Source: a virus (lineage: Duplodnaviria; Caudoviricetes). From it: 29,761 nucleotides of DNA. The stretch lies in IMG/VR virus record IMGVR_UViG_3300044267_003698, positions 1 to 29,761 of that record. One strand, given 5' to 3'. Below, piece by piece: positions 16,064-25,200 of the stretch; the first letter of the stretch is position 1; each line of letters starts with the position of its first letter. The position numbers and the translations under genes were made by a program. The notes beneath the pieces were generated by a model. It had not been told where the DNA came from, did no database searches, and saw only the letters and a program-made list of their open reading frames with translations.

Positions 16064-16603
16064 TCAACGCTTGCGTTTAGGTTTCAGGCGTAGTGCCCTC
16101 ATTCTTTTCCACTTGCGGAGGAGGTTCTTATGTTTGCTCGCACCGTAACAGTTCCAACCCTGGGGTCCGCGAGTGACCCACGAGTAGGCTATCCAAAACA
16201 GGCGAAGCCTTCCCAACTTTTTACCGCACTTGCGCCTTGCCTTTCCCATGCTCCGCATCACCTGCGTAAGCAATGCATGCAGCACCTTGGGGTAGTCGTA
16301 GGCATCCACCTTGTAGGCGCGGGTCAACCACTTACGAACCTGGAACATCCCGCATGACTTGCCCTTGTCCCCGCACCGAGGCCTCACCCGATACCCGCTC
16401 TCCATACACGCGGCTGCCCAGCTAACACTCCTGGCTCCTGCCGGGAGTTTAATCTTAGACTCAACCTCCGCCAGAGCATGGAGTATTGCCACGTTAACGG
16501 GCTTCCTGGCGCGGTTACATGCCGAGGTAGCCTCAGGCAGTAGCGATGCGTTTAAGGAGGGGTTAACTACAGAACCTATTAATGCGATTAATAATACCGT
16601 CAT
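16064..16603 (-). CDS. Lysozyme-like/SLT-fold protein with N-terminal hydrophobic segment
   Basis: AAACMESGY (candidate catalytic Glu) and GDKGKSCGMFQV (GLMQ-like motif); start ATG 16603 after GGAG. Confidence 0.6.
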   Translation of the reverse strand: MTVLLIALIGSVVNPSLNASLLPEATSACNRARKPVNVAILHALAEVESKIKLPAGARSVSWAAACMESGYRVRPRCGDKGKSCGMFQVRKWLTRAYKVDAYDYPKVLHALLTQVMRSMGKARRKCGKKLGRLRLFWIAYSWVTRGPQGWNCYGASKHKNLLRKWKRMRALRLKPKRKR

Positions 16604-16607
16604 GGCT

Positions 16608-17075
16608 TTACTTCTCCCAGCATGCGGCACCCAGGTCGAGCAGGTGGTATGCCCTCGCGAGTGCCTTCTCTTTTTCTGTTGCTGCATTGTACAGGTCAAC
16701 CACCACCTGTCTCTTACGCTCGGGCTTCTTCTTTGTTTCCCTGCCAGGTCTGACCAGGAACACCCAGGCGTACCGTATCACACGGTCATTCTTGCACCCT
16801 ATCCAGGGTTCGATTGCATCCTGCAATGCCTTGATGGGTGCGTCCCAGTCACACCTCGGAAGGGTCAACGCATACACCGCGAGGATAGCGTTGCCCGCAG
16901 GGGGTGTGCCATCTACCTTCGCGGTCATGCGTACTGCTTCACTGAAGTCACGCTTGCGCTTGTTCATCGAGTACCTAGCACCCCTGCTTGTAGCGTTAAG
17001 CTTATTGGCGTACACGCTCTTGAGCATGTCGAGGGTTACCGGGCTATCAACTGTTATGCGTATCACTTCTTCCAC
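16608..17075 (-). CDS. rusA: RusA-like Holliday junction resolvase
   Basis: DWDAPIKALQDAI...NDRVI matches the RusA DxDxxxKxxxD...D pattern; replication context. Confidence 0.65.
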   Translation of the reverse strand: MEEVIRITVDSPVTLDMLKSVYANKLNATSRGARYSMNKRKRDFSEAVRMTAKVDGTPPAGNAILAVYALTLPRCDWDAPIKALQDAIEPWIGCKNDRVIRYAWVFLVRPGRETKKKPERKRQVVVDLYNAATEKEKALARAYHLLDLGAACWEK

Positions 17076-17899
17076 CCCTTGTCTCTCAGGTCTGGACCGT
17101 CCAGGTATATCACCTTGCTAGACCCTCTGAACCTGGAGCCTACCGACTCATCGTAGGTTGCGCCAAGCAGAGGTTGCTCGTTCGATATGAAAATGTTCCT
17201 GAGGTCTAGTCGCTCAAGGCGCTTACGCATCAGGTCTTGGATACGCCCTCGCGCCTGATTGCTAGCTCGCGCAATAGCACTCCCGGCCTCATCCAAAACC
17301 AGCAGCTTGCAATGGACTGCCTCGTGAAACTTCTCTCCGACAATGCCGTACTTGGTTTCCGTTGCATACCGCACCAAGTCTCCCTCATTAACCCATACGA
17401 AGGAGTCAATCTCCCGGTCACCCACGATAAGCTTCCACGCACACCTGGCCGCAGCAACGCTTTTGCCTGTGCCTGGTGGTCCGTACATGAAAAGATTAGG
17501 GGTAAGAAGGTCGCCGGATAGGTAGGATTTGAGCGCATGGTCCACCTCCTTTCGGTGTGCGTATGCCTTGTAGTGCCCGGTCGCTGTGCGCCTGAGGTCA
17601 GGGGGGATGCGGTCAAGCAGTCGCTCCCTGTTCTCACGGGTGTGGTCACGCTGGCAGTCTTGGCAGAATGGCGTTGGCTCATCGTAAGCACTTGAGCCCG
17701 CAGGCATCACCAGGTCATTGCACCCCCGGCAGGTCTGCGGAAAGTATGCACCACAATGCACGCACCTGTAGGTGGGGTAGTCGCTTGCTATGCTGTAGCA
17801 ACACCCGCAGTGCCAGCACGCGTCACCATCCTTCATGCGATGAATATCCCATACCGCCCTCTCCGGTTTCACCCGGCGCAACGAATCAAAATAGCTCAT
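17063..17899 (-). CDS. DnaC/IstB-like helicase-loader ATPase with N-terminal Zn fingers
   Basis: GPPGTGKS Walker A, LLVLDE Walker B, IFISN, SRF, GPDLR; several CxxC pairs at the N-terminus. Confidence 0.85.
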   Translation of the reverse strand: MSYFDSLRRVKPERAVWDIHRMKDGDACWHCGCCYSIASDYPTYRCVHCGAYFPQTCRGCNDLVMPAGSSAYDEPTPFCQDCQRDHTRENRERLLDRIPPDLRRTATGHYKAYAHRKEVDHALKSYLSGDLLTPNLFMYGPPGTGKSVAAARCAWKLIVGDREIDSFVWVNEGDLVRYATETKYGIVGEKFHEAVHCKLLVLDEAGSAIARASNQARGRIQDLMRKRLERLDLRNIFISNEQPLLGATYDESVGSRFRGSSKVIYLDGPDLRDKGWKK

Positions 17900-18527
17900 G
17901 CGAAGACTCCTCTACAATCGTAGGCCGAGGTCGCTCGTCTTGCGCTACGTCCATCACGTCCCTCCACTTCTCATCCTGCAACCAGCGGTGGAACCCTGGC
18001 ACATAACCGCCGGCCCATCCAGAGTTGGTGCTCTTCTCAAGCTTGATGGCAGAGGCTATCTGCATCCGGTCTACCAGCGGCATCTTGCGCCATACGTTCC
18101 AAGACTTACGCCTGCTCGAACGCTCCCTGCCTACCTTGGGGTAATCCTTCCAGGCATCCAAGAACACCTGGTCCTTGACCCAAGGCGTCTCATTGCGTGG
18201 AGCGTCACCCGCTTTCTTCAGAAGCTTGTTCTGGATATCTTGAGTCTCTTGCTTTTTAGCCAGAGCCTTCTCCGCGAGAGCACCTTTCCGCTGTACTCCT
18301 ATTGTCTCTGATATATTCTTTACCTTATTAGTTAATTCTAAATAAGAATTATTGCAAGGCGTGTGCCAAGGCTCATCGAGGAGCAGGCGATACACCGCTA
18401 ACACCACGGCATGATTGACAGAACTGCATAGTATGCCGTCCTTGCACACCACCTTAAGCGCATCCATCAAATACTTAGGGAATCGGATGGTCCGAACAAT
18501 CTGTTCTGTAACCGCTTCTTTACTCAT
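17886..18527 (-). CDS. Replication initiator / replisome organiser
   Basis: FLDAWKDYPK...SRRKSWNVWRK...YVP...RWL.DEKW domain upstream of the DnaC-like gene; RHH-like N-terminus. Confidence 0.7.
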   Translation of the reverse strand: MSKEAVTEQIVRTIRFPKYLMDALKVVCKDGILCSSVNHAVVLAVYRLLLDEPWHTPCNNSYLELTNKVKNISETIGVQRKGALAEKALAKKQETQDIQNKLLKKAGDAPRNETPWVKDQVFLDAWKDYPKVGRERSSRRKSWNVWRKMPLVDRMQIASAIKLEKSTNSGWAGGYVPGFHRWLQDEKWRDVMDVAQDERPRPTIVEESSHELF

Positions 18528-18597
18528 TGTGTAACCTCTTTGGTTGGAGTTGATAACCAGTTTGTAAATCTTTTTTCTTTACTATGCAAATACTTTC

Positions 18598-18623
18598 TTG
18601 ACAGGGGTGTCATACTTTATGCT
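18598..18623 (+). promoter_or_regulatory. Divergent promoter region; TTGACA inside palindrome TGACA-GGGG-TGTCA
   Basis: Perfect -35 hexamer at 18598 in the AT-rich gap between divergent operons; the -10 is ambiguous. Confidence 0.4.
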
Positions 18624-18660
18624 ACATATCGGGTGTAACACAACCCACCAGGAGATGGTG

Positions 18661-18957
18661 ATGGCAATTAAGATTGATATGACTAGCGAAAGCGTGAACC
18701 GGTACCAGGGTATCTGGACTCACCAGCTACAGATGATTGACGTGCTTCGTCGTACCATCATGACCGCTGACGAAATGGCCAAGGTGCTTGGCGCATTGTC
18801 GTTGGACATCGAGCCCCTCAACGAGGCATGCATGCACGTGTGCTCTTCAGCTACAGAGCTGTTGCAAGACCTCGACCGTGCACAAGGCACGCTGGAGACC
18901 ATGCTTGAGAACTTAGACACTGCCCTAGATGCACACTACGATAAGTCGTTTGACTAG
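18661..18957 (+). CDS. Hypothetical helical protein
   Basis: GGAG SD at 18651 supports ATG 18661. Confidence 0.65.
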   Translation: MAIKIDMTSESVNRYQGIWTHQLQMIDVLRRTIMTADEMAKVLGALSLDIEPLNEACMHVCSSATELLQDLDRAQGTLETMLENLDTALDAHYDKSFD

Positions 18958-19036
18958 GGTACAATACGCGAGCCGCTTTCCTTGGTCGGGCAGCGGTAAG
19001 TGGAATGCCATGCAAGGTAAGGCATGAATCCTTGCG

Positions 19037-19113
19037 GGGTGTCTGCCCCTTAACACCACAACACATCCTAGTGGGTTGCCGGTTTCGCTCGGCATCTCAA
19101 GGGGCAGACACCC
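19037..19113 (+). ncRNA. Candidate structured RNA (three-way junction), possible antisense sRNA
   Basis: Perfect 15-bp stem 19037-19051/19099-19113 enclosing two hairpins; strand inferred from flanking genes. Confidence 0.6.
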
Positions 19114-19137
19114 ATCTTTAACTTCAAGGAGGTACAA

Positions 19138-19677
19138 GTGGAGAAGAGAAGAAGCTCATGGGAAATCATGAACGACATCACTAAGATGGTGCATGATTAC
19201 ACCCACGTAATGTCGGACCCTGAATCCAGTGAGGTGGAAGCCGAGCACTACGAGAGTGAGTTCTGGAAGCAGTTCGATGCTGTCGTTAAGGAGCGCGACG
19301 AGAAGATGTTCGCGTGCAAGGTGGTAATAGAGAGGGCAAAGCTAGAGGCAGAGGAGGCTCGGAAGAAGTCTCGCCAGTGGACTGAGCGTGCCCGCATATT
19401 GAAGGGTCTGGCTGAGCGGGTGTCTGAGAATGTTGTCGGCATGATGACTGCCAACAATGACAAGAAGGTCACGCTCTCTGATAACTCCAAGGCTACGCTG
19501 TGCGAGCGCACCGCATATGACTTGGTGGGTGAGCTATGCCCCGACTCATTGCCAGATAGGTTCATTAAGAAGGAGGTCAATAAAGGTTTAATTAAGAAAG
19601 CGTTAAGGCAGAAAGAAGAAGTAAAAGGGGTGACCCTTAAAGAAAGGACAACAAGGTTTATACGATGGTCAATCTGA
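19138..19677 (+). CDS. Siphovirus Gp157-like (Gam-like) protein
   Basis: Coiled coil plus LPDRFIK.EVNK.LIKKAL...EEVKGVTL C-terminus; AAGGAGG SD. Confidence 0.75.
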   Translation: MEKRRSSWEIMNDITKMVHDYTHVMSDPESSEVEAEHYESEFWKQFDAVVKERDEKMFACKVVIERAKLEAEEARKKSRQWTERARILKGLAERVSENVVGMMTANNDKKVTLSDNSKATLCERTAYDLVGELCPDSLPDRFIKKEVNKGLIKKALRQKEEVKGVTLKERTTRFIRWSI

Positions 19678-20165
19678 AGAATAAGAAAAGAATCTGGGAC
19701 GAGGTGAAGTGCACCGACCCCCGGTTCACAAAGAAGGTTTCCAAGGGTGCATACGGTTTCACCGCAGTCGATGCCCACTACAACGTGCTTAAGGCTACCG
19801 AGATATTCGGTGCTCATGGCGACGGGTGGGGGTGGGACATCATTGAGCACTCCGTTATCGACGGCGTGTTCATGGTAACCGTGCAGCTTTGGTACAGCGA
19901 AGAGATGGGCCTCGGCCCTGAAGGTGAGGTGATGGTCGCAAGGCGCACGTGTAGCCCGGTGTTTGGTACCTGCAAGTTCAAGGGTACGAACAAGAGGGGA
20001 GACTTCATTGACGAGGAGGCACCCAAGAAAGCCCTGACTGACGCGCTGTCTAAGGCGTGGAGTTACCTAGGGTTCTCGGCGGATGTGTTCCTCGGGTTCT
20101 TCGACAATCACAAGTATGTGCAGTCAATGACACAAAGGTTTAGCAAGGAGAAAGCAAGTGAGTGA
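19665..20165 (+). CDS. Rad52/Rad22-like single-strand annealing protein
   Basis: FTAVDA.Y....ATEIFG..G.GWGW and DEEAPKKALTDALSKA.SYLGFSADVF motifs. Confidence 0.75.
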   Translation: MVNLKNKKRIWDEVKCTDPRFTKKVSKGAYGFTAVDAHYNVLKATEIFGAHGDGWGWDIIEHSVIDGVFMVTVQLWYSEEMGLGPEGEVMVARRTCSPVFGTCKFKGTNKRGDFIDEEAPKKALTDALSKAWSYLGFSADVFLGFFDNHKYVQSMTQRFSKEKASE

Positions 20166-20697
20166 ATGGACGTTTAGCGCAAAAGAGTATACGCCTGCAC
20201 CGCAGGAGCCCAAGACAGACCCGAAGTGGTCCTACAATACAGTGGTGCCAGAGGGCACGTACCGTGCAGACATTGGCCTGGTGCGTTGGAAGCACTGGGA
20301 CGATGGCGGAAAGACACTGAAGGTGTTCTTCAACCTTGGAACCAACGACAACGGGACCGAGCACATCATCTTCGTATGGGACTGTAGCGTTGTGAACAAG
20401 CGCAACAGCAAGTACGAGGACAAAGCAAAGCACATGCTCTATGAGCTATGCACTGTGCTTCAGGTCGACGACCTGTCTGAGTCCACGATAGAGCAACCCA
20501 TTGGCTCAGGTGGAATCTTAGGCGGGAAGTGCCGCGTCAAGCTTGTAGTGCTTGAGCCTAGCGACAGGTTCCCAGACCCCAAGAACTGGCTAGTGGGCTT
20601 TCGCTCCGTCGATGGAGATAAGCCCCATCAGGTAGACCAGGGAAAGGTAGAGGCCAGCGTAGTCGATGATTACGACGACGATGACATACCGTTCTAG
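20158..20697 (+). CDS. Phage single-stranded DNA-binding protein (DUF669-like)
   Basis: VVPEGTY N-terminal motif and acidic DDDDIPF tail; follows the SSAP gene. Confidence 0.75.
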   Translation: MSEWTFSAKEYTPAPQEPKTDPKWSYNTVVPEGTYRADIGLVRWKHWDDGGKTLKVFFNLGTNDNGTEHIIFVWDCSVVNKRNSKYEDKAKHMLYELCTVLQVDDLSESTIEQPIGSGGILGGKCRVKLVVLEPSDRFPDPKNWLVGFRSVDGDKPHQVDQGKVEASVVDDYDDDDIPF

Positions 20698-20891
20698 GAG
20701 GGCGTATCCTTAATGGCGGCCTCTTCGCTTGCGTATGCTCCGCGCACGCAGGTGGGCGAGTGCCACATAAAGGCATCCGTGCCATCCACCTTCTTAAGTG
20801 TGAAGGTGATTCCTTGAACGGTAACCGTTTTCCCAAGCTGAGTCCCTGCCTTTTTGGCAGGGGCTTTTTTCTTTGTGTCTTTCTTGCTCAT
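20694..20891 (-). CDS. Small basic hypothetical protein
   Basis: ATGA-coupled to the upstream gene; last gene of the late operon. Confidence 0.6.
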   Translation of the reverse strand: MSKKDTKKKAPAKKAGTQLGKTVTVQGITFTLKKVDGTDAFMWHSPTCVRGAYASEEAAIKDTPS

Positions 20892-21106
20892 GCTTCCATC
20901 TCCTCCTCTTCAACCTCTTCGGTTTCCATTGCCATAGGGGCTCGCATGGGTGGGGTCTTCTCTTTGCGTTGAGCAAACTCCACAAACATCTCCGCATTCT
21001 CTTGCTCGTCCATCTCTGCAACCTTTTCCTCGCCACCCTTCTCACCAGGGTAGGGCAAACGATAGACTGCAAAGACGCCTTCTTCTTCTCTAATGTCGTA
21101 GGGCAT
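20888..21106 (-). CDS. Small acidic hypothetical protein
   Basis: MPYDIREE...FAVY; abuts the upstream stop. Confidence 0.6.
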   Translation of the reverse strand: MPYDIREEEGVFAVYRLPYPGEKGGEEKVAEMDEQENAEMFVEFAQRKEKTPPMRAPMAMETEEVEEEEMEA

Positions 21107-21256
21107 TTACTGTTCCTTAATCTTGATAGTGTCTACTTCTACCTTGGTGGTAATCAGCTTCTGAATCTGGTTGTGGATATTCTCCACCGACTCCTTAAGC
21201 TCTTTGCTCTTTACCATCAAGTCCATGACTTCTGAAAGGACCGGGGACAAATCCAT
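21107..21256 (-). CDS. Small coiled-coil protein (49 aa, below ORF-track cutoff)
   Basis: MDLSPVLSEVMDLMVKSKELKESVENIHNQIQKL...; AAGGAG SD; fills the gap exactly. Confidence 0.6.
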   Translation of the reverse strand: MDLSPVLSEVMDLMVKSKELKESVENIHNQIQKLITTKVEVDTIKIKEQ

Positions 21257-21258
21257 AG

Positions 21259-21438
21259 CTACTCCTTGGGGCAAGGCTTCTTAGCAGTAGCCTCTAGGAT
21301 GAGTGAGCCATCGACCTTCACTGCCACCTTGCATGCGGGAGCACGTTTGATGGTAAGGTCTAGCGACTTGCCTTTGACGTAACGGGTACACCCGGCAATG
21401 AACACCAGCGCGATGGCGATTAGTAGGACCTTCTTCAT
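21259..21438 (-). CDS. Small lipoprotein (59 aa), possible o-spanin-like
   Basis: MKKVLLIAIALVFIAG-C lipobox; two further Cys; ATGA-coupled in the lysis cassette; not in the ORF track. Confidence 0.75.
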   Translation of the reverse strand: MKKVLLIAIALVFIAGCTRYVKGKSLDLTIKRAPACKVAVKVDGSLILEATAKKPCPKE

Positions 21439-21665
21439 TCTGTCACCTCTGCCTTGTCCTGCGACTCCTCGACACCGATGGGCTCACGAGTAATAAATCG
21501 CATACCCACCATAAGCACGCTCGATACAATGGCTGACCACGCAGCACCGAGTGCAGCAGGCTCAAGCTCAAGCACCCCGGTATAGTGCAACACTACGCTG
21601 GTAACAGAAGTTACCAACAGGGCGGTGCCCGTCTGTATTGTCCGAGACTGTAATGGTTTCTTCAT
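21435..21665 (-). CDS. Holin-like membrane protein
   Basis: Two TM helices, K..LQSRTI N-terminus and MRFITREPI motif. Confidence 0.65.
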   Translation of the reverse strand: MKKPLQSRTIQTGTALLVTSVTSVVLHYTGVLELEPAALGAAWSAIVSSVLMVGMRFITREPIGVEESQDKAEVTE

Positions 21666-21910
21666 TAGCTTACCTTTGTTTCGACCACCGTCACGCGGTT
21701 GGTCAGTTCGTTATGCTTTTCCCAGATGTTTGAGCGAGCATTCCTAGCATCATCAAGACCCTTCTCCATGCTGGCAAGGCGACTCTCCATGGCATCCATA
21801 CGGTGGACGAGCATGCTAATGCGCGAGCCCATCCACCAGGCAGTAGCAAGCATGGTTGTTCCAAGGGGTACCGTGATACTAAGTATGTCTGATAAGCTCA
21901 TCCGCCCCAC
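21665..21910 (-). CDS. TM plus coiled-coil protein (holin/XhlA-like)
   Basis: One hydrophobic helix then coiled coil ending RVTVVETK; next to the endolysin. Confidence 0.55.
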   Translation of the reverse strand: MGRMSLSDILSITVPLGTTMLATAWWMGSRISMLVHRMDAMESRLASMEKGLDDARNARSNIWEKHNELTNRVTVVETKVS

Positions 21911-22281
21911 CGTGCTTTTCGTCCCCTGTTATCGTAATGTACAAACGTCTTGTACAACCCGATACCACCTTGCTCCATTTTGCCCTCGGTTATCAAGATT
22001 TCTATCGCTGCCTTGATAGCCTTCGGGCTCATGCCGTTGACGCGGATGTCTGCCGCCATAGCCTTCATGTGGTACGAACGTGAGACTCCCCCCACCCGTT
22101 TATTGTAGGACGGATTTCGGTAGCCCGATACTACATGAACGGCCTTACCGATAGTGTCGCGTAGTACCTGAAGGTTGTTGGCTAGCTTCTGTACGTTCTC
22201 GACTAGGTTCCAGGGTACGCCGGTCCCGTCATGGCACTCGAACTCATTGATGGTAAAGTTCTCTGTTAGGTTCATGTTCAT
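21898..22281 (-). CDS. Endolysin, peptidase M15A family
   Basis: LTENF...EF.C.DG, SGYR...YN..VGG...S.H....AADI, GGIGLY.TFVHYD.RG..ARW; start ATG 22281. Confidence 0.9.
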   Translation of the reverse strand: MNMNLTENFTINEFECHDGTGVPWNLVENVQKLANNLQVLRDTIGKAVHVVSGYRNPSYNKRVGGVSRSYHMKAMAADIRVNGMSPKAIKAAIEILITEGKMEQGGIGLYKTFVHYDNRGRKARWGG

Positions 22282-22282
22282 T

Positions 22283-25200
22283 TTACTTCCTCTTTGCCCA
22301 TCTTTCGTCCAGCTCTCGCATTGCCTCTCTATCAAGCTCACGGGTGCTTTTCTGGGGCAGGATTGCGACTTCTTTTTTGCTTGCGGGTTCGTAGCCAAGG
22401 CTTTCCAGTTCTTTCTTAATGCCCATTCTTAACAGTTCTATCTCTGCATCTACAGCCCAGCCCACTGCCAAGTTCCTGCGCTTAATTGCTTCAAGGTCTA
22501 CCTTGTCCTTGTCCGTTCTGGGGGTATACGGTGTTGTTTGCAGGCTTTTTTTCCACTCGCTTGCAAGCTTGTCGAGAGATTTGTTCACGTAATTTTGTAC
22601 GTCAATCTGGTATTTTTTCCCCAGATAAGAGTCGTCTCTTATTCCAATGTACTCTCGCACCGCTTGGGTGACATTTCCTCCATCTTTAAAAGTCTTAGTG
22701 GCAATGTCACCTACCATCTTGGAGCCGGTTGCCATCCCTATAAGCTGTGCCGTGAGGTAAGGAGACAAAATTGCGTTCGATGAAGGCCCCCATGACCTAA
22801 CGGTTTCAGCAATCAATGGGCCTGCCCCGCCCACTTGTAAACCAAAAATAACGGCCAGGTCACTTGCCTTGTTGCCAAGCGATGGGAGTGCAGACCTCAC
22901 TTCTTCTACTATCTTCAGTCTTTTCTCAGGGTCTGCAAGCGTGCGGGCCGCGTCTACAATGCGTTCAAGCCTTAGAAACTTCGGGGTGCGCTCTCTTCTC
23001 TCACGTTCAGTCAAATCGCTGGGTCCGCTCTTAACCCTTGCTGCAACTATCGAATCAAGCGCGGCCCTTTGAGGGCTGCCTTCAGTAATGAAGTCTTGTA
23101 TGCTGCCATCGAGACTAGAACCCGCAGCCTCTTTGCCTCGCAAAGACATTGTAGCCTTGCCAAGCAATCGGAACAGCGGAATCTGTGCGCCCGATACCTC
23201 AAAGCGGTTCATCATAAACCGTGTCATTCCGCCGGGACCCTTTATCAGCAAGCCCATAAAAGGGGAGTCTTTTGTAGGACCATATCCGCTTAACATCCTA
23301 AGCTTATCAACCTCAGACTCAGGCAGCTGTCGCGCCATCTGCGATGACAGCACGACCCCAAGCCTTCCCCTGGCCTGCCTCGCCTTGCCCGCGCCTATAA
23401 GCTTTGTGACGTTCGGGTCTGTAGACTTTATGCCTGACAGCCCTCCGTTAATAATATGCTTTGCTAGCCCCTCTTTTAAGCCCGGAACCCACATGGCTTT
23501 CCAGAACCATGAATAAAATGGAGACGCAAAGAAGTCCACGCCCGTCTCACGCAACAGCCGGTTCAGGCCAGACACCTTACTGTAATCAAAATAAAGCCTA
23601 TTCCCGGCCAAGCGTCCCGCTTCCGCCAACAAGGAGGACACCTGCTTGGGTGACAGCTTTCGACCGCGTTGGTTGTTGAGCCGAAAATTCCCGTTTATGT
23701 CCTTATAAATTGTCATGCTTCTTTCTGGTGACACGTCGAACGTAAGGGTCTTTTGTTTCCCCATAGTTTTCAGACCCTTATCCAAGAGCCTGCCGACAAT
23801 AAGCCCCCTCTCAAGCTTGAACCATACATCGGATAGACGGTACGCTGTCTCCATCTTTGTGAGTGCACCCTTCCACAGGTTTAGACCCTTAGATGCAGTT
23901 CGCACCATCAGGTTGTCGGCTGCGGTTGCCGTGCCTTGCATGACTCTAGAGAAAGCCTGCGCCGCATCGGCATCACTTGCCTCTGCTAGCCACTTGCCAA
24001 ACTTGTCGGCCACGCCCTTGCCTAAAGCCTGCCTGACTTCAACAGAGGTAAAGTCTCCCCACCCTGCCTTCTCCCACTCTTTTATCATGGCCATGTCTAG
24101 CTCAAGCTTTTCTGCCATCGCATTATTCTTTTGACTTCTTGCTTGTCTTATTTGCCTCTGAAGTGCTCCGCTCTTGTACCTGTTGTAAACACCTGTAGCC
24201 TCTAGCAACCCAATCGGTGTGACGTTTCCATCCACCATTGCACGTAAGGCCAGGTTGGAAATAAAGTTACCAGCAAACGTAACGGGGTTCATTGCCGTCA
24301 TCATCGCCTTCCAAGATGAGCTTGCCATCTTTAGCAGGCCTTTACCGGCAGCCCCCCCTCCAAACGCTGCCCTCCATCTCCGGTCAAACTTTATAAAGTC
24401 CTGCACCTCTGGTTGGATATAAAGGTTGGACCCCTCGTCGAACCCCAACCATTTCTTTTGCTCTGCGGTTGCCGGTCTTAATCCAACATCTTCCGGCGAC
24501 CTACCGGCAAGAGTTGCGTCTGTCGCCGCTGTTACCTGCCCTTGGTACTTCTCGCTTATTGCCCCCGCAGAGTTTGCAATTTCTTCTTCGAGCATTAAAC
24601 GGCGCTCTTTTGCAAGTATCTGTGAAGACACAAAATCCGTATCGTCAATAAGCTGCGCAAGCCCTTGGGCCCTTGTTTGCGGGTTGAGAATGGTTGCCTC
24701 CACCTCAGGAGAGATTCTTGTCCGCTGACGTTCTCCAAATAAAAACTCACGCCCTCTCTCTAGGGTCTCTGCGGTTTTTCTTCTCCCTTCCATCAATGCG
24801 CCAATAAGGCCATCGCTACTCGTGACTGCGCCTAGACCGCCGGCAGGAGTTGACGGCTTGGGTGTAAGGGACTGCAAATACCTAGCAGTCTCTGCATTTG
24901 ACGCTGCTACTTGAAATGGCTTTCCTGACTCAAGCCCTGCAATGACGTGAGCAATCGACTGCCTTGCGGGATTGACTCCCTGCCGAGGCGCACCTGTCGT
25001 AGGGTCAAGCATTGCTCCATAGCTACTTGTGTGAACCGGCTCCGCCCTTAAGACCCCCTCGTCGAGAACCATGACGGGAATATCTGACTGGCTAATGACA
25101 TCGGTGTTTACGACCGGGCGACCTTTGACGTACTTTGGAGAGCCCGGCTTTCCTCGGACACCTTCGTATTGCACGTTTCCTTTAGCGTCTAGGGTCTCCT

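Noticed and set aside
16359-17156. 265-aa plus-strand ORF
   Set aside because: Antisense to RusA and SLT-like genes that carry clear motifs; no promoter or SD support.
19045-19104. Twister ribozyme or tRNA
   Set aside because: Superficial UAACAC...GCCGGU similarity, but no P2 partner or pseudoknot-closing segment after the second hairpin; only two inner arms and no TTCRA loop, so not a tRNA.
20694-20697. Convergent stops sharing CTAG
   Set aside because: Common compaction feature; no further structure seen.
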